Below the pieces are notes generated by a model. The model saw only the letters and a list, made by a program, of their open reading frames with translations. It was not told the origin of the DNA and did not search any database. Made by a program: the position numbers and the translations under genes. This document shows, piece after piece, positions 1-8,748 of a DNA stretch of 32,000 nucleotides. The stretch spans positions 3,480,001 through 3,512,000 of the forward strand of contig NZ_CP042905.2 of the NCBI RefSeq assembly GCF_008000775.2, read 5' to 3'. This DNA comes from Promethearchaeum syntrophicum. Lineage in GTDB: Archaea; Asgardarchaeota; Lokiarchaeia; Sigyniarchaeales; Promethearchaeaceae. Within the stretch, counting starts at the first letter, position 1. Every line of letters starts with the position of its first letter.

Positions 1-423
1 TTTTATATTCTTCAAGGCCTAATTGCCCCCTCCTCTTCATTATGGGATCGGAAAATGGCAAAGCAATTCCAGTTTCTAATACGCTTATCGCTTGAGAGTT
101 GAATGCATCGGGAATTTTTCCCGCTTTCACACAGGAATTTTTTATCACGTCAAAAATTTCTGTTAATTCAACTTTTTGTGGACAAACCTCTACACATTTC
201 TGACATGTAAGGCAATACCAAACATTAGGTTGTTGGAGATTGATTAATTTGTCCTTTAAACCGAGAAGCGAGGCTTCAATAAGTTTACGTGGATTAAAAT
301 CTCCGTTAGTAAGTTGAGCCACAGGGCAAATACCGGTACACGTAGCACATTGATAACAATAATTCAATGATGCATTAAAACCCCGGATTTGGTTTCTAAA
401 ATCATAATCGATGGTTAGAGTCA
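1..423 (-). CDS. HdrC-like 4Fe-4S dicluster protein (heterodisulfide reductase subunit C / GlcF-type); N-terminal 141 codons, continues past the window start
   Basis: This ORF is absent from the ORF track because it runs off the window edge. My minus-strand translation from the ATG at 423 reads MTLTIDYDFRNQIRGFNASLNYCYQCATCTGICPVAQLTNGDFNPRKLIEASLLGL...NVWYCLTCQKCVEVCPQKVELTEIFD... It contains two CxxCxxCxxxCP motifs with an intervening NPRK segment, as in HdrC-type proteins. Confidence 0.6.
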
Positions 424-793
424 TTAATATCCCTTCATTTTTTTTATGTAAATAATTGATCATCAATAAAATATATCTTGTTCAAAGTGATCAAAAATTC
501 TACAAATATATGTAAATATATCAGTAAATACATTCTTAAATCTTTTTAATTGATTTTTCACTATAAATCGTAAAAAACATTGAGTATAATTACAGATTTC
601 AATCAAAATTTTCAATTTCGTTATTTTTTTTGTCTATTATGATCATAAATCAAGGTTTTCGTGACAAAAATGCCAAATAATAATAATTTTAACTTTGATA
701 AAAATCAATGTTTCAGTAATACTTTTGCTAAATTATTATAATCAAATATATTAATATGCTCAAAGTATTCTAATCTATACGAAAGTGATTTTT

Positions 794-1183
794 ATGGTGA
801 AAAAAGAAGTAATTAAAGGAAGAGCCCCATTTAGTGATGCAGTAAAGGTGGGACATTCTGTCTTTATCTCTGGTCAAATTCCCAAAGACCCAATAAAAGG
901 AGGTTGGGCGGATAACATTAGAGACCAGACAACTCAATGCCTTGAAAATATTAAAAATATTCTTCAAAAAGCAGGAGGAAATGTTTCTGATATTGTCAAA
1001 ATAACAATTTTTCTGACAAATATTGAGAACTATGGTGGAATGAATGAGGCTTTTATAGACTTCTTCAAAAAAAATAAAATCGAAGAAGATTTCCCTGCTA
1101 GAACCGCAATTCAAGCAGGTCCGCTCTTTTATAGAGAATGGCTTATCGAAATCGAAGCAGTGGCTATTATTCAAGAAATTTAA
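794..1183 (+). CDS. ridA: RidA/YjgF/L-PSP family reactive-intermediate deaminase
   Basis: MVKKEVIKGRAPFSDAVKVGHSVFISGQIP...ARTAIQAG...IEIEAVAII matches the RidA family pattern in length (about 130 aa) and motifs. The track starts at GTG 785; the ATG at 794 gives the canonical N-terminus. Confidence 0.8.
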   Translation: MVKKEVIKGRAPFSDAVKVGHSVFISGQIPKDPIKGGWADNIRDQTTQCLENIKNILQKAGGNVSDIVKITIFLTNIENYGGMNEAFIDFFKKNKIEEDFPARTAIQAGPLFYREWLIEIEAVAIIQEI

Positions 1184-1347
1184 GTTATCAAATTTTTTTG
1201 CCTTTTCTTATTGAATATTTCATTAAAACGTTTGGAAAAACAAAAATGTTTCAATTTAAGCCCCAGTTCAAACCAGTCCGCTACATTTCATGAATAGAAA
1301 ATGGAAATTAAAGTTATAGCTATTATCAAGATTTGAAACTTACTTAT

Positions 1348-1608
1348 TTATTTTTTCTTTTTGGGAGTAAATCCATGACACGAATCTAAATTTTTAAGAG
1401 GACCCCCCCATAATTCACAATACCCTATTGCTTCAGGATTGGTTAAGCAAAATTCATGGACATTATCTTGTATTCCTTCAGTTTGACAATTAAAGAAATA
1501 ATAACAATCACCGCAACTACATAAATTTACTTTTTCATTCATCTGCATTTCAATCACATTTTTATAATCATTAATTTGCATTTTAATCACATTTTTAATA
1601 TTGATCAT
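1348..1608 (-). CDS. Hypothetical small Cys-rich protein (86 aa) with a poly-Lys C-terminus
   Basis: The ORF carries 7 Cys and a His in its C-terminal 55 aa (CSCGDCYYFFNCQ...HEFC...GYCELWGG...SCHGF). The N-terminus contains an 11-aa duplication (KNVIKMQ / KNVIEMQ). I recognise no family. Confidence 0.4.
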   Translation of the reverse strand: MINIKNVIKMQINDYKNVIEMQMNEKVNLCSCGDCYYFFNCQTEGIQDNVHEFCLTNPEAIGYCELWGGPLKNLDSCHGFTPKKKK

Positions 1609-1703
1609 TTACTATAATAAGGTTTATTAATTTATAGAAAAAAAATCAAATATTTAATACTAATGCATAATATTAACCATTTTTTAAAATACATTCGTTT
1701 TTT

Positions 1704-2024
1704 TTACATAAAATTATCGGAAATGATAATTAAACCCGTAGGAATTAACCTTTCCGATCGATACACGGAAATACAAAATTTATCACTCAGTTTTATTCTC
1801 GGCTGATTAATTAAACGATTATCCTCTATGAGAGTACTTGAAGCACCGCCATCTAAATTTAATATAATTGTAAAATTTAAGCGCTTTATTATTTGACAAC
1901 ATTCTTCCAAGAATAATCCCGCCCTATTACACGTTCTCCCATCAACTACAAGAAAGAAATAATTTTTATCATTAAAACCCAAAATTGTTTGGAGATGTGG
2001 GTCGGCAGTTATTCCTTCAAGATT
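1704..2024 (-). pseudogene. 5'-truncated remnant of a phosphodiester glycosidase (DUF2233/NAGPA-like) gene
   Basis: The frame is open from 2024: NLEGITADPHLQTILGFNDKNYFFLVVDGR...LNLDGGASSTL... It carries the VVDGR and NLDGG(G/A)S motifs of the C-terminal half of DUF2233. There is no ATG; only a TTG at 1982. The upstream part of the frame overlaps the 3' end of the neighbouring gene (stop at 2009-2011), and the N-terminal half of the domain is missing. Confidence 0.5.
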
Positions 2025-3379
2025 TTACCGAAAATTTCTTGGATATCATTGTTATTCACAATTTGATTAATTAACGAATATATATTATCTTTTTCAAAAT
2101 AAGATTTTATCTCTTGAATTTTTTCAATTAAATTTACAGTACTTTTATTGTCGAATGTCAATTTTTGATCAGATTCATCTTTGAGTAATGAATTTTCAAA
2201 AACAACGGTTTGTCCCAGTGAGAATTTCGATTTTTTCCTTTCATTTTCAGTATTTCCTTTTTGAACAGGAGGAGTACTAGTATTGTATTGTTCGCGCAAA
2301 CGAATATCTAAATCATTAATCATTTTTTGTGATAATCCAATAAGTGGCATGAAATGGACGGGAGTTACTTGTTGTCCTACAAGGTAGGAGAATTCATCTG
2401 ATAAATCTATAGCAGTAATAAGTCCTTTGAAATAAAGACGTTTTTTCTTATAAACAATTTGCCCAGATGCATTAAGATTCTTTCGTAAATTTTCAAATAG
2501 AATCATTGTGGCAAATTTATAATAATACTCCAAATCATGTTCAGGAATATTGTCTTGCTGGATTTGTTTTATTAAAGGCTCAACATCAAGGATAATCAAT
2601 TTCATAGATTCAGAAAGATATCTTGCGTTTTGCTCAATATTTTTAATAATCTTATAATATTCCTCATTATTTTTAGTAAGACCTAATGAATCCGCAAGAA
2701 ATATTACTGGTTCAACAATAGCCCCTCTTCTTATCATTAATTGTGTTGCTACATTTTCACCCTTATAACCTTTGAAAAGAGCAATCACTGCCTTATCTGT
2801 TTCAATAGGGTTTCCTCCCCAGATAGTAGGTATTTTTTCAGTGTAGATATAGGCATGTTTCTCCCTAACTTCTATATAGATTGTTTTATCAGGATTAGAC
2901 AAATCCACAATTAATTTTTTCCCTTTATCGGTAAAATCATCATGAATTGATCCTCCAATTTCTCGTTCAATTTCAAGAGAAGTATGTGGAAAAGCTTTAA
3001 TTCTACTTGCTCTCACAGCAAAAGTATCGTTATGTTCAATATAGAAGGAAGCGAGTTTAAGAGCAGAATCAAGAATTAGTTCATAGTTGGGATCCACTGA
3101 AAATCCTGGAGAAATTGAGTACAACCCGATGACATTTTGAAAAACTACTAATGCTTTTGGAATTTGTTCAGTTGGAAAATGAAATATTAATCTCCCAAAT
3201 CTCCGAAATGAAGATATGAGATTTAAACCTTCTCGTTTGCATACTTTACTTATATGATCCAATAACGAATATTCCATTCGTGCTCGGACTTTCTTGGATT
3301 TTAAACCTAGTTCATTATACCGCCCGATTATAATGTTATAAAATTGCATTACTGAACTATTTTCTGAAGCATTTTTCAT
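2009..3379 (-). CDS. ThiI-like THUMP-domain protein with degenerate PP-loop (probable pseudoenzyme or RNA-binding paralog)
   Basis: The N-terminus IIIGRYNELGLKSKKVRARME and the THUMP-like segment FAVRASRIKAFPHTSLEIEREIGGSI match ThiI. The position of the SGGxDS PP-loop reads ALFKGYKGENVATQLMIRRGAIVEPVIF. PLIGLSQKMIND aligns with ThiI PLIGxDKxEI, but no Cys follows. An alternative start is ATG 3349 (MQFYNIIIG). Confidence 0.6.
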   Translation of the reverse strand: MKNASENSSVMQFYNIIIGRYNELGLKSKKVRARMEYSLLDHISKVCKREGLNLISSFRRFGRLIFHFPTEQIPKALVVFQNVIGLYSISPGFSVDPNYELILDSALKLASFYIEHNDTFAVRASRIKAFPHTSLEIEREIGGSIHDDFTDKGKKLIVDLSNPDKTIYIEVREKHAYIYTEKIPTIWGGNPIETDKAVIALFKGYKGENVATQLMIRRGAIVEPVIFLADSLGLTKNNEEYYKIIKNIEQNARYLSESMKLIILDVEPLIKQIQQDNIPEHDLEYYYKFATMILFENLRKNLNASGQIVYKKKRLYFKGLITAIDLSDEFSYLVGQQVTPVHFMPLIGLSQKMINDLDIRLREQYNTSTPPVQKGNTENERKKSKFSLGQTVVFENSLLKDESDQKLTFDNKSTVNLIEKIQEIKSYFEKDNIYSLINQIVNNNDIQEIFGKILKE

Positions 3380-3471
3380 AGAGTTCTCTAGTAAAAATTA
3401 AAAGGTTTATCATCAAAAAAATAAACGATTTTAATATATAGATTAATATAATACTAGACAAGGTCTAAAAA

Positions 3472-4497
3472 ATGAGTAATGAAGGCAAAAAATACGATGT
3501 TGTAGGTCTAGGATCATGCACTTTAGATTTGATTTTTGAAGTGGATGATATTATGAGACTGGATATTGTAGACAGAGATAAAATTGAAAAGAAATATATT
3601 TGTATTGAGAATTCTAGTAAACTTAATGTAAAAACAGTAAAATCGTATCCCGGAGGTTCCGCTGCAAATATTTCTTGTGATTTATCTAATATAGGCTTTA
3701 AAACGGCATATATTGGAGGAATAGGCGCAGATACAGCAGGAGATACGTGTTTAACAGATTTGCGAAATCATAATGTTGATGTTTCAGGAGTAAAAATATT
3801 TTCTGAAGATTCTACTGCACATTCAGTTATTTTGGTAAATTCTGCTTATAAAGATCGATCGATTCTCGCTTATAAAGGTGCAAATGACCTCTATTCTGAA
3901 AAAGATGTTCCAATTGAAAAACTACAGAACACGAGATGTTTTGTGTGGACAAGTTTAACTTCTGATATGGGTATTGGAGCGATAAGAAAGTGCATAGAAA
4001 TTACTAAATCATCAGGAGGAATTATTGCTGCTGCCCCATCTATTTCAATAATTAAGAAAAGAAAAAAGGATGCTATTAAACTCATGCGTCTAGCTGATTT
4101 AACTAGTCTTAATGATGAAGAATTAGAAGAAATCACGGGTATAAAGCGAGACCTTCATGCTGCTATGGCATTATTATTTGAATGGGGAATTAAAATCGTT
4201 AATTTAACACTTGGTAAAAATGGACAATGGATATCCGATGGAAAAACATTAATTAAAACGCGCCCACCTTCAATCCATGTTATGGATACTACTGGCGCGG
4301 GAGATGCTACCATGAGCGGGATTATTTATGGATTCTTGGAAAATAAAAGTCTTCATGATACCGCTATGATAGCCGCGTCCCTAAGTGCAATGGAAATTGA
4401 AGCGACAGGAGTTCGAGTCGGATTACCGGATAAATTCTCGGAGCTTCAAACTTTCATTAACAATCATGAATTTCAACAAGAAACAAGCAATTTTTGA
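3472..4497 (+). CDS. PfkB-family (ribokinase-like) carbohydrate/nucleoside kinase
   Basis: It has the GGSAANI N-terminal motif and the DTTGAGDA anion-hole/catalytic motif near the C-terminus. Its 341-aa length is typical. Confidence 0.8.
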   Translation: MSNEGKKYDVVGLGSCTLDLIFEVDDIMRLDIVDRDKIEKKYICIENSSKLNVKTVKSYPGGSAANISCDLSNIGFKTAYIGGIGADTAGDTCLTDLRNHNVDVSGVKIFSEDSTAHSVILVNSAYKDRSILAYKGANDLYSEKDVPIEKLQNTRCFVWTSLTSDMGIGAIRKCIEITKSSGGIIAAAPSISIIKKRKKDAIKLMRLADLTSLNDEELEEITGIKRDLHAAMALLFEWGIKIVNLTLGKNGQWISDGKTLIKTRPPSIHVMDTTGAGDATMSGIIYGFLENKSLHDTAMIAASLSAMEIEATGVRVGLPDKFSELQTFINNHEFQQETSNF

Positions 4498-4506
4498 TGA
4501 TTTATT

Positions 4507-5676
4507 ATGGAAATCAAATATCGCACTTATGAAGCAGGTGATGAAGTAGAATTAGCCCAGCTTTTTAATATTTGTTTCCATTATTCAGGGGCTGGTTTTT
4601 CCAGAACCCCTAAAAACATTCTATGGCGTTATTTAGACAGTCCTAGCGGAAAAGCAGAAGAAATACAGATTGCAATAAACTCTAAAACTAATAAAATTGT
4701 AGGAGCCATTTCTTGCCCTATTGAAGATTTAATATTTAATGGGGAACATTTTAAATCAGGATCTGTAAACGATGTGGCCGTATTACCTAAATACCAGGGG
4801 AAGGGAATAGCAAAAGAATTATTGCAACGAACTATAGATTTTATGAAAAGGGAAGGATGTAAAATCTCAAGTTTGATTGCAGATCCAAAAGGTCATGCGC
4901 GTTCACACCTTTATTTACCATTTGGATGGCAAGATATTGTAAAAATTGAAGTTTGTGTTAGTTTAAATATCTCAATCTTAAGATATTTTCCAATTATTTT
5001 TCCATATGCTCCATTTTTAATTTTGAATATAATAAAACAGAATTTTAGATTAAAAAAGCTTGAGAGAAAGTTTCTAAGGCTCAATATTAAAACTAAAATA
5101 ATTCATACAGATAGAAACAACCTTATTCCAAAAGACCTTAATGATATTTTAAGATGTATGTACAACGATAATTCTATGAAGAATTTCAACGGTTCGGTTA
5201 ATTTTTCAAAAGAATATTGGAAACATTTTCGTGAAAATCCAATTTCATCTGGATCAAAGCCAACCTATATTGTATTATATAGAAATCAAGAAATTATTGG
5301 ATTTTCGAGCTTTACTCGACATTGGTTCCAATTAGAAAAGATTGGATTTCGAATTCCATTAGCTATAGCTCGAGAATTTATTATAGATCGCAGATATTTT
5401 ACAAATTTTAATCATTTTTTACTATCTTCCTCATTTCTTATTGAAAAAACCATTGAAGCTTCAAAGGAACGTAAATGTTCTACTTTGTTGGTTGCTGTTT
5501 CAGATCAAAATAGAATTTTATATTCTATATTGAACAATAAAAGATTATTCCATTTTCCCGGGGCTGTTTTAATGTACAAAAATTTAGATAAATCCTCAAT
5601 AAAGTCATTTTCATCTTTTCCATTTAATTCTAAGCCAATTCAGCACGATTTAGGAGAAATATGGCTTTATCCATAA
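4507..5676 (+). CDS. GNAT-family N-acetyltransferase, two-domain (Eis-like length)
   Basis: It carries acetyl-CoA motif A, VAVLPKYQGKGIAKELLQRTIDFMKREG. A second GNAT-like half (YIVLYRNQEIIGFSSF) follows a hydrophobic segment. It lies 9 bp downstream of the PfkB gene, so an operon is likely. Confidence 0.65.
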   Translation: MEIKYRTYEAGDEVELAQLFNICFHYSGAGFSRTPKNILWRYLDSPSGKAEEIQIAINSKTNKIVGAISCPIEDLIFNGEHFKSGSVNDVAVLPKYQGKGIAKELLQRTIDFMKREGCKISSLIADPKGHARSHLYLPFGWQDIVKIEVCVSLNISILRYFPIIFPYAPFLILNIIKQNFRLKKLERKFLRLNIKTKIIHTDRNNLIPKDLNDILRCMYNDNSMKNFNGSVNFSKEYWKHFRENPISSGSKPTYIVLYRNQEIIGFSSFTRHWFQLEKIGFRIPLAIAREFIIDRRYFTNFNHFLLSSSFLIEKTIEASKERKCSTLLVAVSDQNRILYSILNNKRLFHFPGAVLMYKNLDKSSIKSFSSFPFNSKPIQHDLGEIWLYP

Positions 5677-5765
5677 TCTTTTTTTCAAAAAAGTTTTATT
5701 ATTTTTTCGACTAGGTTCCCTTTTGAAAAAATAATTCAGTTATCATTAATTTTCAATTATACGGA

Positions 5766-7664
5766 ATGAAAAAAATCTATTTGATCGATTATGATCTATG
5801 TTCTTTAAACTCATGTGGACAGCCGTGTGTTACTAAATGTCCAATTTCTATCAGTAATCAAAGGAAAAAACAACATCATAAAAAAGATGAAGTTCCTATT
5901 CGTTATAAAAAATCGACTGATAAAATGATTATAATCGATGAATTTTGCATTAAATGTGGAATATGTTTGAATGTTTGCCCAAGAAATGCAATTTATTCAA
6001 TTTTTTTATTAGATGAACCTGATGAAGATTTAATCAATCATGAATACCCTTTAATAACTGAGAACACAAAAATTTCTATTGTACCCAATGAAAAAAATCA
6101 TGGTTTCAGATTATTTGGTCTACCAACCTTATTTTCGGGAAAAGTAACAGGATTATGTGGACCAAATGGTATAGGAAAATCAACAGTTCTCAATATATTA
6201 TCTGGAAATTTAAAAATGAATTTTGGAAATACTAAAGATAATGAACTAAAATGGCAAGATTTATTAAATCATGTAAAAGAAAGTGAAATGCGCCATCATT
6301 TTCAAGGAATTATAAGCGGGCAAAGGCATATCGCATATAAGCAGCAAGTTCTTAAAATCTTCTTCGAGAAGTACAAACAAATAAAAATTAAAGATATCCT
6401 CAGAGAGCAAAAGCATATTAATGATAAATTTTACAATCGAATAATTGAAAACCTGGATATTACTGCGATTGCAGATAGATATTTAGATCAATGTTCAGGG
6501 GGCGAATTGCAGCGATTTGCTATTGCATCGGTTCTTATTCAAAATGCAGATTGTTATCTTATCGATGAACCATGCACATTCCTTGATGTAAAAAAACGGA
6601 TTAAACTAGCGGAATTATTGCAAGATCGCGCTAGAGGGTTTGGAAGTAATACAACATACCCTATTTTAGTGGTTGAACATGATTTAGCAATATTGGATTA
6701 TATGAGTGATGTTATCCATCTTTTTTATGGAACCCCACACGATTTTGGAGTAATGACGAGGGTTCAAACCACTAAAAATGGAATAAACTCATATCTAAAT
6801 GGATTTTTAAAAACGGAAAATATTCAATTCCGTAAAAAGAAAATTGGATTTAGAAGGAGCGTTTCAGATCGGTCTTGGGATAATGCTAGAATTTTTGTAG
6901 ATTATGAAAAATTAACAAAAACTTTTGATGGATTTCAATTGATTGTTGGATCTGGCACAATATATGAAGGTGAAATTCTTGGTATAGTTGGAGAAAATGG
7001 AACCGGAAAATCAACATTTGCAAAAATTATAACGGGAGAAATTAAACCGGATGAAAATAGCATATTTAAAACCATAAATCGTTATGTGTCGTATAAACCT
7101 CAATATATCACAAGGGATTTTAATGGAAGTGCGAAGGAATTTATAATGCAAACTTCGCAAAATTATGATTTTTCCGAAAAAATGACACTTCTACTATATT
7201 CCCCCTTGGGCGTAGATAAATATTTTAATACTCCTGTTAAAGAACTCTCGGGTGGTCAATTGCAAAGATTATATATTGCATCTTGTCTGGCAAAAAGAGC
7301 AGAATTGTATATTCTAGACGAGCCTTCTGCTTATTTGGATGTCGAAGAGAGATTACATATTAGTTCAGTTATTCGAGCAGTCACTAAAAGAAACTCCGCA
7401 ACAACAATTGTAATTGAACATGATATTGCTATAATAGATGCTCTATCTGATCGATTACTTCTTTTTAAAGGCATTCCTGGTAAATATGGAAAAACCATTG
7501 GTCCCTTAAGTAAAAGGGACGGAATGAATGAATTTTTAAAAATCTTGGACATTACTTTTCGAAGAGATGAAGAAACTGGAAGAGCTCGAATAAATAAGAA
7601 AGATTCTTCTATTGATAAAAGACAGCGTTCTGCAAATGAATATTTCTATGCACCGAGAAAATAA
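5766..7664 (+). CDS. ABCE1: ABCE1 / RNase L inhibitor-type ribosome recycling ATPase
   Basis: The N-terminus has two FeS motifs (CSLNSCGQPCVTKCP and CIKCGICLNVCP). Two ABC cassettes follow: Walker A GPNGIGKST and GENGTGKST, signatures SGGELQR and SGGQLQR, and Walker B LIDEP and ILDEP. Confidence 0.9.
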   Translation: MKKIYLIDYDLCSLNSCGQPCVTKCPISISNQRKKQHHKKDEVPIRYKKSTDKMIIIDEFCIKCGICLNVCPRNAIYSIFLLDEPDEDLINHEYPLITENTKISIVPNEKNHGFRLFGLPTLFSGKVTGLCGPNGIGKSTVLNILSGNLKMNFGNTKDNELKWQDLLNHVKESEMRHHFQGIISGQRHIAYKQQVLKIFFEKYKQIKIKDILREQKHINDKFYNRIIENLDITAIADRYLDQCSGGELQRFAIASVLIQNADCYLIDEPCTFLDVKKRIKLAELLQDRARGFGSNTTYPILVVEHDLAILDYMSDVIHLFYGTPHDFGVMTRVQTTKNGINSYLNGFLKTENIQFRKKKIGFRRSVSDRSWDNARIFVDYEKLTKTFDGFQLIVGSGTIYEGEILGIVGENGTGKSTFAKIITGEIKPDENSIFKTINRYVSYKPQYITRDFNGSAKEFIMQTSQNYDFSEKMTLLLYSPLGVDKYFNTPVKELSGGQLQRLYIASCLAKRAELYILDEPSAYLDVEERLHISSVIRAVTKRNSATTIVIEHDIAIIDALSDRLLLFKGIPGKYGKTIGPLSKRDGMNEFLKILDITFRRDEETGRARINKKDSSIDKRQRSANEYFYAPRK

Positions 7665-7684
7665 TTCTAAAAAGAAAATAAAAC

Positions 7685-8611
7685 TTAAGTCAATAAAGGA
7701 TGATATTCCACAAATAATTCATTAATTTTCTGTAATATTTGGTTTAAACCTTCTTCTGTTGGCATATCTTGATCTAAAGACAAAGGATGCGCAACATTTA
7801 ATGTATAATCGTAATCCTCGACCTTTCCTTGAACAATGATAAATCTATATCCTTCAAAATTATAAGCTCTGATTTTGGAATCAATTTCCAAATTACCAAA
7901 TTCCTTATAAAACTCCATTGAAGCATCTAAAAACTCTTGATTCTTCCGAAAAATTCGAAATTTACCTAATTCAAGGAGATTATCGACTGTTAAATTCATG
8001 TAATCAACCGAATTCTGAATGGCATAATTCGCAAATAGAACACTGATCTTATTGTAGATAGGTAAATCACCAAGAATTGGTAGAGATATGGATGTCAATA
8101 AAGTTAGAGCATCATAAACAGATGTTTCATAATATCCCACCTCGCGATTTACTAATATTGCTCCAAATTTCCGCTTTAATTTTCTTATTCTTTCTTTTAT
8201 TTCTGGATCTTTTGCAATCTTTGGATCTTTTTTATGAAACATTATTGAAACAATCAATTGAGGGGTATGTTCGTGAATAAAATCATAGACATCAGAAAAA
8301 TATTTCAAGGCTTCATCAAAACTATTGGTGTCTTGGATATCAATTACAAAGAATAGATAGCGAATATCGGAAAGAAATCGTCCAGGTTTATCTAAATAGG
8401 AATTTCGATACTCTTCTTGGCCTCCGTAATCCCAGACAATTGAGTTTTGGCCAAATATTTTAAAAATTGATCTTTGGACGGATTTTGTTGGTGAGGGTGA
8501 TTCCCCTATGTGATATGTTTTCCGAATGGTTTTCACAATTGATGTCTTCCCTGCATTTGCAAGTCCAACCATTGCGATTTTCATTATATCCGTTTCGGGG
8601 TTTTTTTCCAT
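7685..8611 (-). CDS. Rag/Gtr1-family small GTPase with C-terminal roadblock-like dimerisation domain
   Basis: It has P-loop GLANAGKTS, switch II WDYGGQEEY, and an HKKD base-specificity motif (Rag-type HKxD rather than NKxD). A segment similar to RagA TSIWDETLY (ETSVYDALTL) follows, then about 130 aa of C-terminal domain. Total length is about 310 aa, as in RagA. The track start at 8626 is TTG. The ATG at 8611 is preceded by GGAG 9 nt upstream. Confidence 0.7.
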   Translation of the reverse strand: MEKNPETDIMKIAMVGLANAGKTSIVKTIRKTYHIGESPSPTKSVQRSIFKIFGQNSIVWDYGGQEEYRNSYLDKPGRFLSDIRYLFFVIDIQDTNSFDEALKYFSDVYDFIHEHTPQLIVSIMFHKKDPKIAKDPEIKERIRKLKRKFGAILVNREVGYYETSVYDALTLLTSISLPILGDLPIYNKISVLFANYAIQNSVDYMNLTVDNLLELGKFRIFRKNQEFLDASMEFYKEFGNLEIDSKIRAYNFEGYRFIIVQGKVEDYDYTLNVAHPLSLDQDMPTEEGLNQILQKINELFVEYHPLLT

Positions 8612-8675
8612 ATTTTCGAACTCCAAAAATCAATTCAAATTATGTTGACAATAAAAAAAAAATGTACTACTACTT

Positions 8676-8731
8676 ATGATTTTAGGTTTTTATTTGTTAA
8701 TTATTTTTATGTTTTTAGGTTTTTATTTGTT
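8676..8731. repeat. Two copies of a 23-nt direct repeat ATG(A/T)TTTTAGGTTTTTATTTGTT (22/23 identical), 33-bp period, in the gap between the membrane-protein and GTPase genes
   Basis: The copies at 8676-8698 and 8709-8731 were read directly from the sequence. Confidence 0.7.
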
Positions 8732-8748
8732 TTTTATTAAGATAGTTT

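Noticed and set aside
770-1174. Antisense or overlapping ORFs from the track: 770-1174(-), 3891-4136(-), 7331-7552(-), 8077-8280(+), 8467-8679(+), 8676-8870(+), 10392-10589(-), 14326-14610(-), 18294-18494(+), 20314-20505(+), 21127-21315(-), 22953-23144(+), 23887-24081(+), 24066-24251(+), 24369-24614(+), 25268-25477(+), 26965-27192(+), 30597-30845(+).
   Set aside because: Each lies inside or opposite a longer ORF that has clear family motifs. Their translations are low-complexity (Ser/Phe/Ile/Leu-rich) mirror images of the real frames and contain no recognisable motif.
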